Shown here piece by piece: positions 37,022 to 44,956 of a stretch of 64,000 bases of DNA (position 1 is its first letter; every line of letters starts with the position of its first letter). Under the pieces are notes generated by a model, which saw only the letters and a program-made list of their open reading frames with translations, did no database searches and was not told the DNA's origin. The DNA lies in assembly GCA_036170915.1 (NCBI GenBank), contig JAVHQC010000022.1, forward strand, positions 287,420 through 351,419. Reading direction: 5' to 3'. The DNA is from Cyanobacteria bacterium auto_48_18 (GTDB lineage: Bacteria > Cyanobacteriota > Vampirovibrionia > Obscuribacterales > Obscuribacteraceae). The position numbers and the translations under genes are program-made.

Positions 37022-38293
37022 GTGGCAGCTGATCTAATCATCAAATCAATAGGCGAACTCGCCACAGTGGCATCCACAAGTGGTGTGGTCAAAGGTGATG
37101 CCATGCAAAATGTACTGCGTATCAAGAATGCCTGCATCGCTATTTCTGGCGAGAAAATTGTTGAAGTAGGAACCGAAGCAGATTTGCTGCCTAAATATGC
37201 GTCGAGTAGCTGTACCGTTATTGACGCCCAGGGCAAGCTTGTCACCGCTGGTCTCGTTGATGCCCATACTCACCTTGTTTTTGATGGCAACCGGGCCAAT
37301 GAATTTCTGATGCGCTGTCAGGGCAAAACCTACAGTGAAATAGCCGAAGCTGGTGGTGGCATTGTCGCCAGCATGCGTGCCACACGCGGCTCGACTGTAG
37401 AACGTCTGGTGCAATTGGGCCAAATGCGTTTGCAGCGGATGCTTGAAGCTGGTACCACCACCTGTGAGGTCAAAACCGGTTATGGTTTAGACATCGATAG
37501 CGAGCTACGTATGCTCGAGGCGATATTAGAATTGCAGAAGCGTTCAGCAATGGATATTGTGCCGACATTCATGCCGGCACACGCCGTTCCCCCTGGTGAA
37601 AATCGCGAGCAATATGTCAAGCACTTGATTGACGATATGTTGCCTGAAGCATCACGTGTGGTGACTGCTAGCTCTTCAAAAACTCATGTATACGTAGACG
37701 TGTTTTGCGATCGCGGTTATTTTACGCTGGCGGACACAGAGCAGATTTTTGCTGCGGCTAAAAAGTATGGTTTTCGCTTGAAGGTTCATGCTGACGAATT
37801 TGTCAATCTTGGTGCCAGCAAACTCGCAACCACCGCTGGTGCTGATAGCGCTGATCATTTACTCAATATCTCTGATGACGAAATTGCGCTAATGGCAAAA
37901 TCAGAAACCGTGGCGGTCTTACTGCCTGGTACATCGTTCTATCTTAACTTGCACGAGCATGCGCGAGCTCGCACTATGATCGCTAATGGTGTTGCGGTGG
38001 CACTTGGTTCAGACTTTAATCCTGGTTCCTGCCATATATTTTCTCTGCCTCTTATTTGGGGCCTCGCTTGTTTGCATTTGAAATTGACGGTGGAAGAGGC
38101 GCTCACTGCGCTAACGGTCAATGCTGCCTATGCCATTGGTATGGGTGAAAAAGTAGGACGTTTATCTGCCGGCTATCAGGCTGACATCACTATGTATGAT
38201 GTTGGTACTCTTGAAGAGGTGCCATACAATCTCGGCTGGAATTCAGTAGCTCAGGTGATCAAGAAAGGCCGTAGCGTGTTCAAGCGCAGCTGA
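37022..38293 (+). CDS. hutI: imidazolonepropionase
   Basis: DAHTHLVF.GNR..EF, GGGI..S, EVKTGYGL, DVFCD, HADE, SADHL, SDFNPGS. Confidence 0.93.
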   Translation: MAADLIIKSIGELATVASTSGVVKGDAMQNVLRIKNACIAISGEKIVEVGTEADLLPKYASSSCTVIDAQGKLVTAGLVDAHTHLVFDGNRANEFLMRCQGKTYSEIAEAGGGIVASMRATRGSTVERLVQLGQMRLQRMLEAGTTTCEVKTGYGLDIDSELRMLEAILELQKRSAMDIVPTFMPAHAVPPGENREQYVKHLIDDMLPEASRVVTASSSKTHVYVDVFCDRGYFTLADTEQIFAAAKKYGFRLKVHADEFVNLGASKLATTAGADSADHLLNISDDEIALMAKSETVAVLLPGTSFYLNLHEHARARTMIANGVAVALGSDFNPGSCHIFSLPLIWGLACLHLKLTVEEALTALTVNAAYAIGMGEKVGRLSAGYQADITMYDVGTLEEVPYNLGWNSVAQVIKKGRSVFKRS

Positions 38294-38374
38294 AGAATAA
38301 GCCTTGAATGCTGATATATGTCTTTTTGAATCCTTTTAGATCTCGGCTCGCGTGCTATTAGATCTCGAACAATA

Positions 38375-38465
38375 GTGGTGCTCTAGTGGTATCAGACCGC
38401 CAGTGGTGACCATACCGGGGGTGGTATCAGATCATGGTCGAGTCTGTTCACCTTGGGTGGTATCA
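38375..38465 (+). repeat. direct repeats GTGGTATCA x3 (plus GTGGTG x2)
   Basis: GTGGTATCA at 38386, 38421 and 38457; GTGGTG at 38375 and 38403. Confidence 0.6.
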
Positions 38466-38496
38466 AAAATTGCTCATAAAATCTTACGTTTTACTA

Positions 38497-38524
38497 TTGC
38501 CTTATTAAAGGCTTTCGTTATAAT
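38497..38524 (+). promoter_or_regulatory. sigma70-like promoter for the 38645 gene
   Basis: TTGCCT-16 bp-TATAAT. Confidence 0.5.
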
Positions 38525-38644
38525 TCTAATCGGTGCCACCACTAATGGCGGCGTTCACTTTATAAACTGTGTCTCTCACGAGAGCAATCCGCACTACTGC
38601 TGGTGCTCTGGCTTGGCGACTTCTATTGAGGAGGATTTTAACTA

Positions 38645-39064
38645 ATGGCAGAGGCTAAGCGAGTACCTGAGGAGCGGCCGGAATCCAATCTTGGGCTCGG
38701 ACTTGACGGTTTTGAGCAGTTTTTCACTGTAAATACTGACGAAACTGGAGTCAGTGGTACCCTTTCCGAAGATCCTTACATGCAAGGTCAGGTCGAAAAA
38801 TTGCTCGACCGCTTTACTGAGCTTATGTCTTTGAGCGTTGACCAGAGAGTCGAAACCAGTAAAACCGCCAGCCAGTTGATAGATAACCAGCGCCAGCTGG
38901 TGGCAACCCAACAAATCTTGATCAAATTGATGGAGCGTTCCATCGAGCTGACACGCCATATCACAAGTATTGAAGAAAAGCTTCCTGGCTTGTACGAACT
39001 TCCTCGTGTTGTCGAAAGCTTGCGTCAGCGTGTGGCTGAGCTTGAAGGTGTAGAAACCCGATAA
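38645..39064 (+). CDS. hypothetical coiled-coil protein
   Basis: Strong GAGGAGG SD; heptad-rich C-terminal half. Confidence 0.7.
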   Translation: MAEAKRVPEERPESNLGLGLDGFEQFFTVNTDETGVSGTLSEDPYMQGQVEKLLDRFTELMSLSVDQRVETSKTASQLIDNQRQLVATQQILIKLMERSIELTRHITSIEEKLPGLYELPRVVESLRQRVAELEGVETR

Positions 39065-39199
39065 GGTCAAACACCTCTCTCTAAAGCATCATCGCCGGGC
39101 CCCCGTAGACTAAAATTTAGTCATGCTGGGGCTTTGTGGTGTTTTCACCATTTACTTTCGGTCATCACTATATACAATCTAGTTATGAGCGGAGTATTT

Positions 39200-40192
39200 A
39201 TGGATGGCGGCGGCGGCGGTGACGGTGGTTTCGACCACGGGCACGATCACGGCAGCGATCACAGTCATGACCACGGGCAGCAGCCTAGCCAGGGGCCAAT
39301 GTGGTCTCAGGCCATGCAGGGGCTCAAGATCACTGACTTCATCAATAACATCAAAATAACGCCCAATCATCTCTTGCTCTTTATGTTTCTCGCTTTCACC
39401 GGCTGGCTGGGCGTAATCTACTGGATTCGCCACCATGAGCCTCTGGCTAATCATGTGCTGGGCTCAGGATCTGCCTACACGGCCAACGCGTACGCTGATC
39501 GACTGCTTATCAATGGTGCTCGCGAAGCCATACCGGTCAAGACCACTGCCACCAGCGGGATGGTATACACGCCTGGTACTGCCAATGCTATGAGCCCGCA
39601 TCCTGTTTATGGTGGGCCACCCGAAGCGCTTGCTCCTGATACCACACCAGCCGGTTTTAGAGTGCGCTTTTCACCATATCGCCAGGGTCTAGCGGTTCAA
39701 TCAGGCGCGATGGTAGCCCCGCCGTCAGCCATGAGTGCGCCGGCCGCCGCAGCCGGAACACCTTTCGCCGCGTCCATGAGCCACAGTGTTCGCACTTTCG
39801 GTTCACCCAACCATGCGCCTGCTGGAGCCATGCCTGGTCAAATTCAGGGTCAGATGCCTGGGCCTGCTCAGATGCCTGGTGCTCTGCCTGGCCATATGCC
39901 CGCGCAAATGCCTGGCCAAATGCCTGGCCAAATGCCTGCACAAGTGGCACCACCGCCGCCTGCGGGTTGGACACTAGCCACTGGTGGATTTTCTGCTGCA
40001 CATTACGACGCTCAATTTGGCACACCGGCCGGCACAAGCAACACTGCTGCTTACGTTCCCGCTACCCTTCCTTCAGCCGCACCACAGTTGCCTGCTAACA
40101 TGCAACATCTGGCTGCACCTGGAAGTGGCGGAGTCTACATGATGCCAGCGAATGAACAAATCAGACGACCTAAGGTTTATACCAACCGTTAG
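39200..40192 (+). CDS. hypothetical single-TM protein with His/Asp-rich N-terminus and Pro/Gln/Met-rich repeats
   Basis: GGAG SD before ATG 39200; DHGHDHGSDHSHDHG; TM LLLFMFLAFTGWLGVIYWI; QMPG repeats. Confidence 0.65.
   Translation: MDGGGGGDGGFDHGHDHGSDHSHDHGQQPSQGPMWSQAMQGLKITDFINNIKITPNHLLLFMFLAFTGWLGVIYWIRHHEPLANHVLGSGSAYTANAYADRLLINGAREAIPVKTTATSGMVYTPGTANAMSPHPVYGGPPEALAPDTTPAGFRVRFSPYRQGLAVQSGAMVAPPSAMSAPAAAAGTPFAASMSHSVRTFGSPNHAPAGAMPGQIQGQMPGPAQMPGALPGHMPAQMPGQMPGQMPAQVAPPPPAGWTLATGGFSAAHYDAQFGTPAGTSNTAAYVPATLPSAAPQLPANMQHLAAPGSGGVYMMPANEQIRRPKVYTNR
39829..39942 (+). repeat. in-frame ~12-nt tandem repeats (CAAATGCCTGGC-like) encoding (Q/H/A)MP(G/A)
   Basis: ATGCCTGG/ATGCCTGC recurs several times; protein reads AMPGQIQGQMPGPAQMPGALPGHMPAQMPGQMPGQMPAQ. 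Confidence 0.7.
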
Positions 40193-40203
40193 ATCGCACT
40201 AAG

Positions 40204-41385
40204 TTATTTGAAAGCCGCTTTGAAGGCGGAACTCTTGGAGACGATTTCGGCGAACAGCGGAATGAATTTTTTGCCGCCTTTAATACTGAGGTGCACGCAA
40301 TCATCAAAGTCTGAGCGCTCAAAGTGTACAAGCTTATCTATATTGAAATCGACCAGAGGGGCATCGTATTTGGTGGCAAGTTCTGCAATCGTGTTTTGAT
40401 AATCCGCTCGTTGTTCCGGTTTGAGCAGTGCTAGATTGTCGGCAGTCACAGGCATTTCCACAATCATGATTTTGATCTTGGCAGCTTTGGCCATTTCCAG
40501 CATTTCTTCAAACGCCTGCACCTGCACTTTGAACTGCCTGCGATTAGGTGGGTCATAACGCTGCTTGTAGTCTCTGAGAGTAATAGCAAATGGATCATCA
40601 GCGGCTTTTGCCGTTGCTGGAATTGCTGTAGTTGCTTTTGTCGCCTTAGCCGGCGGTAGTTGTAGCGCCGCATTGGCTGCCGGTTTTATAGGCTTTGAAT
40701 CTCCGTCTTTTTTTCGCTCAGGTAAGTAAGCGCTAAGCTTACTTTTGAAATCATTGCCGAATTGGCGTCGAACTATATCTATAAATGTACGGTGCGATTT
40801 GTAGCAAGTTTTCAGCCCTTGCGTGCTCAAATTGCCAGGCACCAGTGTTCTGCGCGATCGCAGAGGGAATATTTGTTGCACCCATGTATTATCGATGCCA
40901 TCGCCAACTTGATTGTCGATAAAGTCGCGCGGTGCCACCGTGAACACAATAAGTCTTGGCACGTTGTTGCTTCTAAGCATTTCGCGCAAAATGCAAAGCT
41001 GGTCAGAAACCATAGCTGCAGGACAGGCGAGAATTTCTACGCCCAGATTTTCGCCGGTGCGTTTCTGAATTTCACTACTGTAGCGAGTGGCGCGGCTGGT
41101 TATAGATTTTTCCCAGCTGGTGTCATTGGCGTCGTTGACTTCGTAAGCTACACCTTCTGGTGGAGCAATAATCAGTGAAGATCCCAAAATCACAATTGGT
41201 TTTCTTTCTGGACCATAAACATATTCAGGAATTCTAGCCACCAGACGCACTACCCAGGCCGGCATTTCAAGTACTGCCAGTTCACGCCATGGATAAAACA
41301 TACAAACGGCGGCGTAGCTGATTGTGATCATCAGCAAAAGTAATATGGTGACGCTTTTGAATATATTGGGTAGGGCTAACTTCAT
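40204..41385 (-). CDS. membrane-anchored SGNH-like protein (DUF1574/DltD-like)
   Basis: N-terminal TM, VILGSSL, VAPRDF.D, MP, FDDCVHL..G. Confidence 0.65.
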   Translation of the reverse strand: MKLALPNIFKSVTILLLLMITISYAAVCMFYPWRELAVLEMPAWVVRLVARIPEYVYGPERKPIVILGSSLIIAPPEGVAYEVNDANDTSWEKSITSRATRYSSEIQKRTGENLGVEILACPAAMVSDQLCILREMLRSNNVPRLIVFTVAPRDFIDNQVGDGIDNTWVQQIFPLRSRRTLVPGNLSTQGLKTCYKSHRTFIDIVRRQFGNDFKSKLSAYLPERKKDGDSKPIKPAANAALQLPPAKATKATTAIPATAKAADDPFAITLRDYKQRYDPPNRRQFKVQVQAFEEMLEMAKAAKIKIMIVEMPVTADNLALLKPEQRADYQNTIAELATKYDAPLVDFNIDKLVHFERSDFDDCVHLSIKGGKKFIPLFAEIVSKSSAFKAAFK

Positions 41386-41461
41386 TTGCTTATATAAGTA
41401 GATTGAGGGTCGGCGTTAATGCCTGTTGCTAATTGCTTATTGATTGTTGATAGATAGTAAT

Positions 41462-42415
41462 TTAGCCGGTTAAGTTGAAGCCGACGGCTTGTAGTGCGCG
41501 AATTTGCTTTATTTCATCTGCCGTTAAGGCACTATCAGCGGCAGCTAGATTCTCTTCCACCATTTCAGGATCTTTCATACCGACAATCACAGTTGAGATG
41601 GCCTGGTCAAGCAATGGATATTTTAGAGCAGCCTGAGTCAGGCTCTGACTACCATTTCTATCTAGAAATGCCAATTTGCGGGCGGCGTCTGAGCGGGCTT
41701 GAATGTACTCAAGCGGCCAGTTTTTGCGGAAGTCGCCCGCCGCAAATTTTGGCGCAGTGTCATATTTGCCCGTGAGAAAGCCGTTGGCTAGCGGTTCGCG
41801 AGCGATGATAGCGCATCCAACTTCAAATGCTCTTGGCAAAAGCTGCTCTTCGGCACGACAGCTAAAAATGTTGTAAGTAATTTGTATGCAGTCGGGTTGG
41901 CCAACATTGATCGCGGTTATGCCTTCCACCGGAGTAAAGACAGAAACGCCAAAGGCTCGAATCTTGCCCTCTTTCTTCAAATCACGCAAAGTTGAGTAGG
42001 TTTCTTCTTTCGAGATCAGCTTCATGGGCGGGTTGTGGAGCTGATAGACATCTATATAGTCTGTGTTCAACCTAGTCAATGATTTTTCTAAGGCGAACTT
42101 GATGTAGTCAGGGGTGAAAGTCTGGAAACCCGTGCCCTGATAGAAGTCTGCCCCAACTTTAGTTGCCAGCACAACGCGGTCTCGCTTGCCCCGCAAGGCT
42201 TTACCGAGCAGCTCTTCACTGTGTCCTTTTCCGTACACATCAGCGGTATCGAAAAAATTTAGACCAAGTTCTATGGCTTTGTTAACTGCGTCAATGGAGC
42301 ACTTATCGGTGGTCGGACCGTAACTATTTCCGTGGCTGTTACCACCTATAGGCCAGCAGCCAAAGCCAATCTCCGATACTTTTATGCCTGTGTTTCCGAA
42401 GTCTCTATACTTCAT
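41462..42415 (-). CDS. aldo/keto reductase
   Basis: VSEIGFGCW, FFDTADVYG.G.SE, ATKVG, DYIDVYQLH, GKIRAFGVS. Confidence 0.93.
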   Translation of the reverse strand: MKYRDFGNTGIKVSEIGFGCWPIGGNSHGNSYGPTTDKCSIDAVNKAIELGLNFFDTADVYGKGHSEELLGKALRGKRDRVVLATKVGADFYQGTGFQTFTPDYIKFALEKSLTRLNTDYIDVYQLHNPPMKLISKEETYSTLRDLKKEGKIRAFGVSVFTPVEGITAINVGQPDCIQITYNIFSCRAEEQLLPRAFEVGCAIIAREPLANGFLTGKYDTAPKFAAGDFRKNWPLEYIQARSDAARKLAFLDRNGSQSLTQAALKYPLLDQAISTVIVGMKDPEMVEENLAAADSALTADEIKQIRALQAVGFNLTG

Positions 42416-42531
42416 GTGGTCTAATGCCTACGTGGCCGGGTGTTTCAGCTGCTTCATTATTCATGAACACTGAGGCACATTGCAACTTGCATGTACTACA
42501 ATAACCACTTGACACAGGTTATGCTGGAGAC

Positions 42532-43536
42532 TTGGATTCGCTCATGGATCTATACGATATTACAATTATTGGTGGTGGGCCGACAGGATTGTTTGGCTCA
42601 TTCTATGCCGGTCTTAGAGGCCTTAAGGTAAAGGTCATCGATGTTCTTCCCGAACTCGGTGGGCAGCTGACAGCCCTTTATCCTGAAAAGTACGTCTATG
42701 ACGTGGCTGGACACCCGAAGATCTTAGCCAAAGATCTGGCAAAGAACCTGGCAACCCAGGCCATGCTATTCAAACCAACTATTTCACTTGGTGAAAAAGT
42801 ATTGAATTTGCAGAAAGATGCTGATGGACACTGGCAAATTTTCACAGATTTTACCGAGAGCCACTTGAGCAAAACGGTGTTACTGGCTCTAGGAGCTGGT
42901 GCATGCGTTCCTAAAAAGCTTGATCTCGATTATCCGAAAGAGCTGGAAGGCGAGTGCATCTTCTACGCGGTGAAGAACAAAGAGAAATTCCGCGGCAAGA
43001 ATATTCTGATTATTGGCGGCGGCGACTCTGCTGTTGACTGGGCCAACGAATTTTCTGTATTGGCCACTAAAGTTACTTTGATACACAGGCGCGACCAGTT
43101 CAGAGCTGTGCAAACCTCTGTAGAAGAGATGAAGCGCAACAAAGTAGACATCAAGACCTTCTATGAGTTGAAAGAGATTCAGTATGCCGAAGGCAAAATC
43201 AGTGGAGTGGTTATTTTTGATAACCGCACTGGCAAAGAAGAAGTTTTGCCTGTTGACGCCATTGTCATCAACATCGGTTTTGTCATCAATCTCGACTTCT
43301 TGAAGAGCTGGGGTTTGACGATGGATGTAAATGCCATTCTCGTCAACGAAATGATGGAAACCAGTCTGCCCGGAGTTTATGCAGCAGGCGATATTTGCGC
43401 CCACGCCGCTAAACTGAAGCTGATCGCTACTGGTGCTGCTGAAGCGGCTACGGCTGTCAATTTTGCAGTTACTTTCATTAATCCATCGGCCAAGGCCTTC
43501 CCTGGTCACAGTTCGAATTTAAACCTGAGCTTATAA
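42532..43536 (+). CDS. ferredoxin/flavodoxin-NADP+ reductase (thioredoxin-reductase-like, YumC type)
   Basis: GGGPTG, GGQLTALYPEKYVYDVAG, GGGDSAVDWA, HRR, AAGD, PGHSS; no CxxC motif. Confidence 0.9.
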   Translation: MDSLMDLYDITIIGGGPTGLFGSFYAGLRGLKVKVIDVLPELGGQLTALYPEKYVYDVAGHPKILAKDLAKNLATQAMLFKPTISLGEKVLNLQKDADGHWQIFTDFTESHLSKTVLLALGAGACVPKKLDLDYPKELEGECIFYAVKNKEKFRGKNILIIGGGDSAVDWANEFSVLATKVTLIHRRDQFRAVQTSVEEMKRNKVDIKTFYELKEIQYAEGKISGVVIFDNRTGKEEVLPVDAIVINIGFVINLDFLKSWGLTMDVNAILVNEMMETSLPGVYAAGDICAHAAKLKLIATGAAEAATAVNFAVTFINPSAKAFPGHSSNLNLSL

Positions 43537-43583
43537 GAGCTTCAGTTGGTTGAAGGGTTTAGGTAGAGCTTCTATCTATCTAG

Positions 43584-43621
43584 AAAGAAAGACCGTGGCG
43601 CAAGCTGCGGTTCTTTTTTTT
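43584..43621 (+). terminator. intrinsic terminator after the FNR gene
   Basis: ACCGTGGC-GCAA-GCTGCGGT stem with GNRA loop, then a T run; A-rich 5' flank. Confidence 0.8.
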
Positions 43622-43684
43622 GCGGCTGGGTCTGGCGCCAAGAGTTTGCTTGGGGGATCTGTTTTTCGCCGCCTAAGGAATTTT

Positions 43685-43724
43685 ACAACCGTTGGGTTGT
43701 AGGAAAATACAACTTATAGGTTGT
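43685..43724. promoter_or_regulatory. tandem 16-bp palindromes ACAAC-N6-GTTGT
   Basis: ACAACCGTTGGGTTGT (43685-43700) and ACAACTTATAGGTTGT (43709-43724), both preceded by T. Confidence 0.5.
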
Positions 43725-43829
43725 TTGCCTGTGAGCTGTTTTGCATGAACTGCAATCCAATTGGTGGCCTAGCATTTTTGAGTGGAACCAAATCTGGTGC
43801 GTAGCGTGTGGCCGTGAATAGCAGCTGAT

Positions 43830-44351
43830 TTAGGGCCATGTTCCTAATTGTGCGCTTGGTTCTACCGAACTATTTTCGTTCACATGGTCTAAAAAAATAT
43901 CCAAGCATTTGCCATCTTCTTGTTGTGCTGACGGCGCTACTAGCCCTTCGACACCCCTGTTGTACAGAGGTTCTCCAATGCCACTGGCTGTCCAATGATT
44001 TCCCTTAACTGTTATATCGGCCCTTGAAACTTCAATTGCCTGAAGAACAGATTCGGAATCTAGCCGCACTACGGATTGCAAACTCACCTGATATTCCCAA
44101 ACGACAAATGCGCCTTTTTTCATTTCTAAGCCCGCGATGATACCCTGAGAAACTTCAGCTTCGCAGGTAGCACAATCAAAGGCTAAGTAAAGCGCGCCGA
44201 AGAGACCCGCCACGTTATAGCGGCGTCCCTCATTAAACGCTCCATGCATTGAAAGTGGCATGGTTGCGTACTTCTTTCTGATGTAGCGATAAAATTGTCC
44301 GTTGACAGGCTCCGTCTGCACTTGATGAAGAGCGGCTTGATTGGCGATCAT
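43830..44351 (-). CDS. RES-domain toxin (NAD+-consuming family)
   Basis: R-E-S triad: GRRYN, LYLA...CEAE, GLVAPSA; 4-nt overlap with the antitoxin. Confidence 0.85.
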   Translation of the reverse strand: MIANQAALHQVQTEPVNGQFYRYIRKKYATMPLSMHGAFNEGRRYNVAGLFGALYLAFDCATCEAEVSQGIIAGLEMKKGAFVVWEYQVSLQSVVRLDSESVLQAIEVSRADITVKGNHWTASGIGEPLYNRGVEGLVAPSAQQEDGKCLDIFLDHVNENSSVEPSAQLGTWP

Positions 44352-44710
44352 CGACCGACGTTACTCAGAAGATGGGCCATAAGAAAAATGCCGCCCGGCT
44401 TTTTCGCGAAATCACGGGGACGCTCACCTTGTAGAGCTGGATTTTCTCTGTCGATCCAAACTCTGATTATGTCTGGCTCAAATAGTTCGCCCAGCGATTC
44501 GGCTATATTTCGCAGCGCATCCACCGCTAGCCTGTGACTTCCCTGCGGAGCTATAGCGCCTTCTTCCCACCGCCGGATTGTTTTCTCGTTTACATCTAAA
44601 ACGAGGGCAAATTCGACCTTGGTAAAGCCGAATAGTTGACGGAGCGTGAATACTTGCTCACCGAACGGCGCTGAAGCAAGGTTCGCCAAATTCAACGATG
44701 CGTGAGACAT
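44348..44710 (-). CDS. Xre/MbcA/ParS-type antitoxin (HTH + DUF2384-like C-terminus)
   Basis: HTH FALVLDVNEKTIRRWEEG; W....NPALQGERP; GGAGG SD before ATG 44710. Confidence 0.85.
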   Translation of the reverse strand: MSHASLNLANLASAPFGEQVFTLRQLFGFTKVEFALVLDVNEKTIRRWEEGAIAPQGSHRLAVDALRNIAESLGELFEPDIIRVWIDRENPALQGERPRDFAKKPGGIFLMAHLLSNVGR

Positions 44711-44747
44711 GTGTTCCTCCTGTGTATGCTTTAATGTACCCGAGAAT

Positions 44748-44781
44748 CGGACATTTGTCCATTTAGGCGGGCATATGTCCG
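44748..44781. promoter_or_regulatory. tandem palindromic operators upstream of the antitoxin
   Basis: CGGACATTTGTCCA (44748-44761) and CGGGCATATGTCCG (44768-44781), 20 bp apart. Confidence 0.65.
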
Positions 44782-44956
44782 TTCCTTTGCGTGCATTGAT
44801 GATGCCTTCACTGGACAATACCATACAAATGTAATATACTAATTCAACTATCGACAATTTGCCGTTTTTCTCTCGCAGGCCAGCCCTGCGTTTAATCTCT
44901 ATTGGCAATTTTTTCTGCTGACTTGCTACCATGAATCAGTACGGGAGATCATTCAT

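Noticed and set aside
37022..38293. hutI isolated from other hut genes
   Set aside because: Scattered hut genes are common; the others may lie elsewhere in the genome.
38375..38465. Possible mini-CRISPR array
   Set aside because: Repeats are only 9-11 bp with a ~35-bp period, and no cas genes are present; the 35629 protein lacks an intact Cas4 motif set.
38642..43509. Long antisense ORFs (38642-39070, 42889-43509; also 31465-31923)
   Set aside because: They are mirror frames of well-supported genes with biased codon usage and have no independent motifs.
44711..44932. 74-aa N-terminal extension of the antitoxin
   Set aside because: A GGAGG SD precedes ATG 44710; the extension spans the operator and promoter region.
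44782..44956. NrdR boxes or a cobalamin riboswitch upstream of nrdJ
   Set aside because: No convincing match to either consensus by eye.
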